DNA of 20,000 nt from an uncultured virus (IMG/VR IMGVR_UViG_3300037467_001416) (lineage: Duplodnaviria > Heunggongvirae > Uroviricota > Caudoviricetes), in IMG/VR virus record IMGVR_UViG_3300037467_001416; one strand, given 5' to 3'. Each line of letters opens with the position of its first letter. Positions within the stretch are counted from its first letter, which is position 1. Below are positions 17,595 through 20,000 of the stretch, one piece after another. The notes under the pieces are model-generated. The model had not been told where the DNA came from, searched no databases, and worked only from the letters and a program-made list of their open reading frames with translations. The position numbers and the translations under genes were made by a program.

Positions 17595-17626
17595 CACTTG
17601 TCAACATGGCTCGGAGCTGCTAAGTG
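17595..17626 (+). promoter_or_regulatory. Putative promoter (CACTTGTCAAC repeat copy)
   Basis: TTGTCA-17 nt-TAAGTG, preceded by GC; the 11-mer is repeated exactly at 18515. Confidence 0.55.
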
Positions 17627-17627
17627 A

Positions 17628-17740
17628 GAACTTCGCCAGACGGGCAGACCCGTGAGCAGCGCGCCGACGTAACATTCCGGCCCCTGCGTCCGAGTTCCGT
17701 AGACGAGATTCCTCACAATTAATCTCAATGGAGATAGACT
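17628..17740 (+). promoter_or_regulatory. Structured 5' leader with alternative SD-sequestering hairpin
   Basis: Stems ACGGG/CCCGT, GCAG/CTGC, GCCG/CGGC, GAACT/AGTTC. AATCTC (17721-26) can pair with GAGATT (17705-10) or with the SD-overlapping GAGAT (17731-35). Confidence 0.4.
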
Positions 17741-18256
17741 ATGCCTGTCATCGCGAAGATGCAGTTGAATGGTGTCTTGAACTTCGGCTCTGGGAGTGTG
17801 AGTAAGTTGTCCTGCGTGTGCGAGAACGATCTCATGGCGGCTTACGCCAAGGCCGACGAAGATAAACTTTTCACACGCTACAGTCCGTGGGGTGAGATGA
17901 AGTTAGGACACAGCCTTCGCTCGTTCAAAGACGGGCAGAAGTTCTACGTCGTAGCACTCAAGTCTAAGTCCAGACCCAAGTGTGAGAAAGCAGCACACGT
18001 CCATCCTGCGCGTGTCCACGTCGTAGAAGACTATGGTTCGAGCAAACAAGTTCAGCTGAGCTACGACGGCTACAATAAGAACGCCTACACATCAGTTGAC
18101 TACGAGCATCCCGGTGAGCTACACTGGCGCATGACGATAGATAATCCTCCTGCTGTGGAATTCTTCACTCCCGGAGAAAACGACTATTGGGTTGCTTTCT
18201 ATCCTGACGACAAGTTCACGCAGCACGAAGCTTTGGTGGATGCACACAGCGACTAA
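17741..18256 (+). CDS. Hypothetical protein with two tandem copies of a small beta-rich domain
   Basis: GGAG SD. First half AKM..FGS..KLS..FTRYSPWGEMKL..FKDGQKFYV parallels second half ARV..YGS..QLS..PGELHWRMTIDNPPAVEFFTPGENDYWV. Confidence 0.75.
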   Translation: MPVIAKMQLNGVLNFGSGSVSKLSCVCENDLMAAYAKADEDKLFTRYSPWGEMKLGHSLRSFKDGQKFYVVALKSKSRPKCEKAAHVHPARVHVVEDYGSSKQVQLSYDGYNKNAYTSVDYEHPGELHWRMTIDNPPAVEFFTPGENDYWVAFYPDDKFTQHEALVDAHSD

Positions 18257-18298
18257 TCTTCGCTTGCACCGGGAGCTAGGCCGTGGCACCTAGCAGCT

Positions 18299-18500
18299 AG
18301 GCGGCGCTGGCAGACCGCGCGACAAGCCTCCACTCTAGGGTGGAAACTACAGTAGTCTGCTTCCTATTCTCTTCCCGAGGCTAGTCTAAGGTCCGCGAGG
18401 CTTATGACTGCTGAGGGAGACGCGAGGGTATCACCGTCCCGTCGGTGACTGAGGCGCAGCGGGAATTGCGCTCTGGCGACGTAGAGTTCGTTACCCTCGC
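18299..18500 (+). ncRNA. Candidate highly structured non-coding RNA (family not recognised)
   Basis: No ORF in the track for 18257-18577; pseudoknot, 11-nt tetraloop receptor, tandem GA pairs, GNRA loop, 9-bp closed four-way junction with complementary loops (details in findings). Confidence 0.62.
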
Positions 18501-18514
18501 TTTCCCCAATTCTC

Positions 18515-18546
18515 CACTTGTCAACTGAGCTGTGCTGAGCTAGAGC
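18515..18546 (+). promoter_or_regulatory. Putative promoter (CACTTGTCAAC repeat copy)
   Basis: TTGTCA-17 nt-TAGAGC, preceded by GC; upstream of the exonuclease and terminase genes. Confidence 0.5.
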
Positions 18547-18585
18547 TCTCTGGTCTAGACTGAGTTAGACTAGAAAGTTGGCACC

Positions 18586-19155
18586 ATGCTTGCGTGTCTC
18601 TTCGACACCGAGACCACCGGAATCTACGATTATCGCGCTCCGGCAGGAGCCGAGCATCAGCCCGACGTTGTTCAGCTATGCGCCATGCTCTGCGACGAAG
18701 AGCGTGTCTACAGTGCCATCAACGTCTTCGTACACTCCGACATCGAGATCCCCGACGCGGCCTACGAGGTTCATCGCATCGACCGCGCTATGACTGCTCG
18801 CGTAGGCATCAGTCGCATCCGCGCCTGCCAGCTTTTGGATAGCTTCGCCGGTAAGGCCGACATTCTGGTCGGTCACAACATTGACTTCGACGTCAACATG
18901 ATGATGACGGCGACGCTTCGTGAAGGCGGTAGGGGAGCCAATCTCAAGAAGCCGCGCTTCTGCACGATGAAGGAGGCCGTACCGCTCTGCAAGCTGCCGA
19001 ATCCAAAGCGACCGGGAACTTACAAATGGCCCTCTCTTCAAGAGGCCTACCAGATCTTGGTAGACTCGAAGGGTTTCTCTGGAGCGCACGACGCAATGGC
19101 CGACGCAAGGGCTACCTATGAACTCTATCGCGTTCTCCGCAGCAACGCTAACTGA
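18586..19155 (+). CDS. DEDDh 3'-5' exonuclease (DnaQ/epsilon-like)
   Basis: FDTETTG, VGHNIDFD, FCTM, KWPSLQE, AHDAMADA. Confidence 0.93.
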   Translation: MLACLFDTETTGIYDYRAPAGAEHQPDVVQLCAMLCDEERVYSAINVFVHSDIEIPDAAYEVHRIDRAMTARVGISRIRACQLLDSFAGKADILVGHNIDFDVNMMMTATLREGGRGANLKKPRFCTMKEAVPLCKLPNPKRPGTYKWPSLQEAYQILVDSKGFSGAHDAMADARATYELYRVLRSNAN

Positions 19156-19621
19156 CGAGCAGGCGCTTGAACTAGCGCAGGCTTACGTCAAGGGTGACAA
19201 GGATCCTCTGAGAATTGCGCGAATTCTCGGCGTCGACAGCTTTGACCTTAACGCGATCATGCATCCTCTGACGCGAGGTCACATTGTGCGTCTGCACAGG
19301 GCTACGTCTGCTGAGCATTCTCTAGCCGATCACATGGCTTTTCTGAAGAAGATTCGTAACGCAGCCTTTGACGACGACAACTTCAAGGTTGCTCTCGCCG
19401 CTGAGACTCAGCTCGGTAAGGCGGCGGGTCACTATGATCCGAAGCCAGCGGGCGATGACTCAGATCCCACCAAGCAGCTCGACCCTACGAAACTGACTTC
19501 AGACGAGCTTCGTAGGCGACTAGCCTCTACGATTGGAGCCGTTATCCCCGCTCCGAAACAGGAGGCACTTCCCGGCTCCGTGGAGGCTCAGGAAGCTGAA
19601 GATCGCGATGGTGAGATCTAG
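19118..19621 (+). CDS. Putative terminase small subunit
   Basis: Directly upstream of the large terminase; ALAAETQLGKAAGHY and LTSDELRRRL patterns are typical of TerS. Confidence 0.65.
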   Translation: MNSIAFSAATLTDEQALELAQAYVKGDKDPLRIARILGVDSFDLNAIMHPLTRGHIVRLHRATSAEHSLADHMAFLKKIRNAAFDDDNFKVALAAETQLGKAAGHYDPKPAGDDSDPTKQLDPTKLTSDELRRRLASTIGAVIPAPKQEALPGSVEAQEAEDRDGEI

Positions 19622-20000
19622 TGAACGAAGAAGCAATCATCCGTGAGCTACTTCGCCGAGAGGAGGCGAAGATGCACATGGAGAACTTCGTTCCCTACGT
19701 AACCGAGAACATTCACACTCCTGCGCCACATCACCTAATCGTATGTCGTGCTCTCGACGCAGCGCTCCGCGGTGTCAAGAAACGTCTCATCATCGCGATG
19801 CCACCGGCACACGCTAAGTCCGTCTATTCCTCTCACAACTTTCCTGCCTTCTGGCTAGGCAATCGTCCACAAGACAAGATTATCGCAGCTTCTCACACTC
19901 AGCCATTCGCCGCCGAGATCGGGGCTAAGGTTCGTAACCTGATCAATAATGAGATGTATCGCCGTTTATTCGAGATACAGATCAGCCCAGACACACGCGC
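19621..20000 (+). CDS. terL: Terminase large subunit, N-terminal ATPase (truncated by window end)
   Basis: GTG in a TAGTG overlap; translation MNEEAIIRELLRREEAK...PAPHH...KRLIIAMPPAHAKS...FPAFWLG..P...IIAASHT...GAKVRNLI; open to the window end. Confidence 0.9.
   Translation, partial: MNEEAIIRELLRREEAKMHMENFVPYVTENIHTPAPHHLIVCRALDAALRGVKKRLIIAMPPAHAKSVYSSHNFPAFWLGNRPQDKIIAASHTQPFAAEIGAKVRNLINNEMYRRLFEIQISPDTR

Noticed and set aside
18309..18412. c-di-GMP-I riboswitch
   Set aside because: It shares the GTCTAAG...TATGAC receptor, but the GGCAAA-stem-GAAA and GACGCAAAGC junction elements are not arranged as in the consensus.
18422..18500. tRNA gene (cloverleaf-like, 79 nt)
   Set aside because: No D-loop GG, no 7-nt anticodon loop, no canonical TTCRANY T-loop and no CCA; the stem lengths do not fit.
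18449..18500. Hammerhead ribozyme
   Set aside because: CTGA is followed by GGC rather than NGA, and there is no GAAA core after the stem.
18549..18574. Hairpin TCTGGTCTA/TAGACTAGA as a terminator or separate RNA
   Set aside because: The inverted repeat is real, but there is no U-tract on the + strand and no function can be assigned.
1..20000. CRISPR array, integrase, transposase, reverse transcriptase/DGR
   Set aside because: No spaced direct repeats or diagnostic motifs were seen.

Overview
This window is part of a tailed dsDNA phage genome, probably infecting Alphaproteobacteria (inferred from tail gene and promoter style). All credible genes are on the + strand and tightly coupled. Gene order: end of a probable lysis region (lipoprotein), two tail-tip-like genes, then a replication and nucleotide-metabolism module, then the terminase small subunit and the 5' end of the large subunit. 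The module holds an SNF2 helicase, an SSB-like protein, a wHTH protein, family A DNA polymerase, dUTPase, 5'-3' exonuclease, pyrimidine-dimer glycosylase, RecD/Dda-like helicase, a SLOG protein and a DEDDh exonuclease. Two things stand out. (1) A thymidine-hypermodification cluster: a 5-hmdU DNA kinase-like protein, a TAGT/base-J-type glycosyltransferase, a dUMP-type thymidylate synthase homolog, an HD nucleotidase and DUF3310, with no amino acid:DNA transferase in view. (2) An ORF-free stretch of about 200 nt (18299-18500) that folds by eye into a complex RNA with a pseudoknot, an 11-nt tetraloop receptor and a four-way junction with kissing loops. It follows a gene encoding a tandem-duplicated unknown domain with a switch-like leader. 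All family calls come from motif recognition; no database searches were run.
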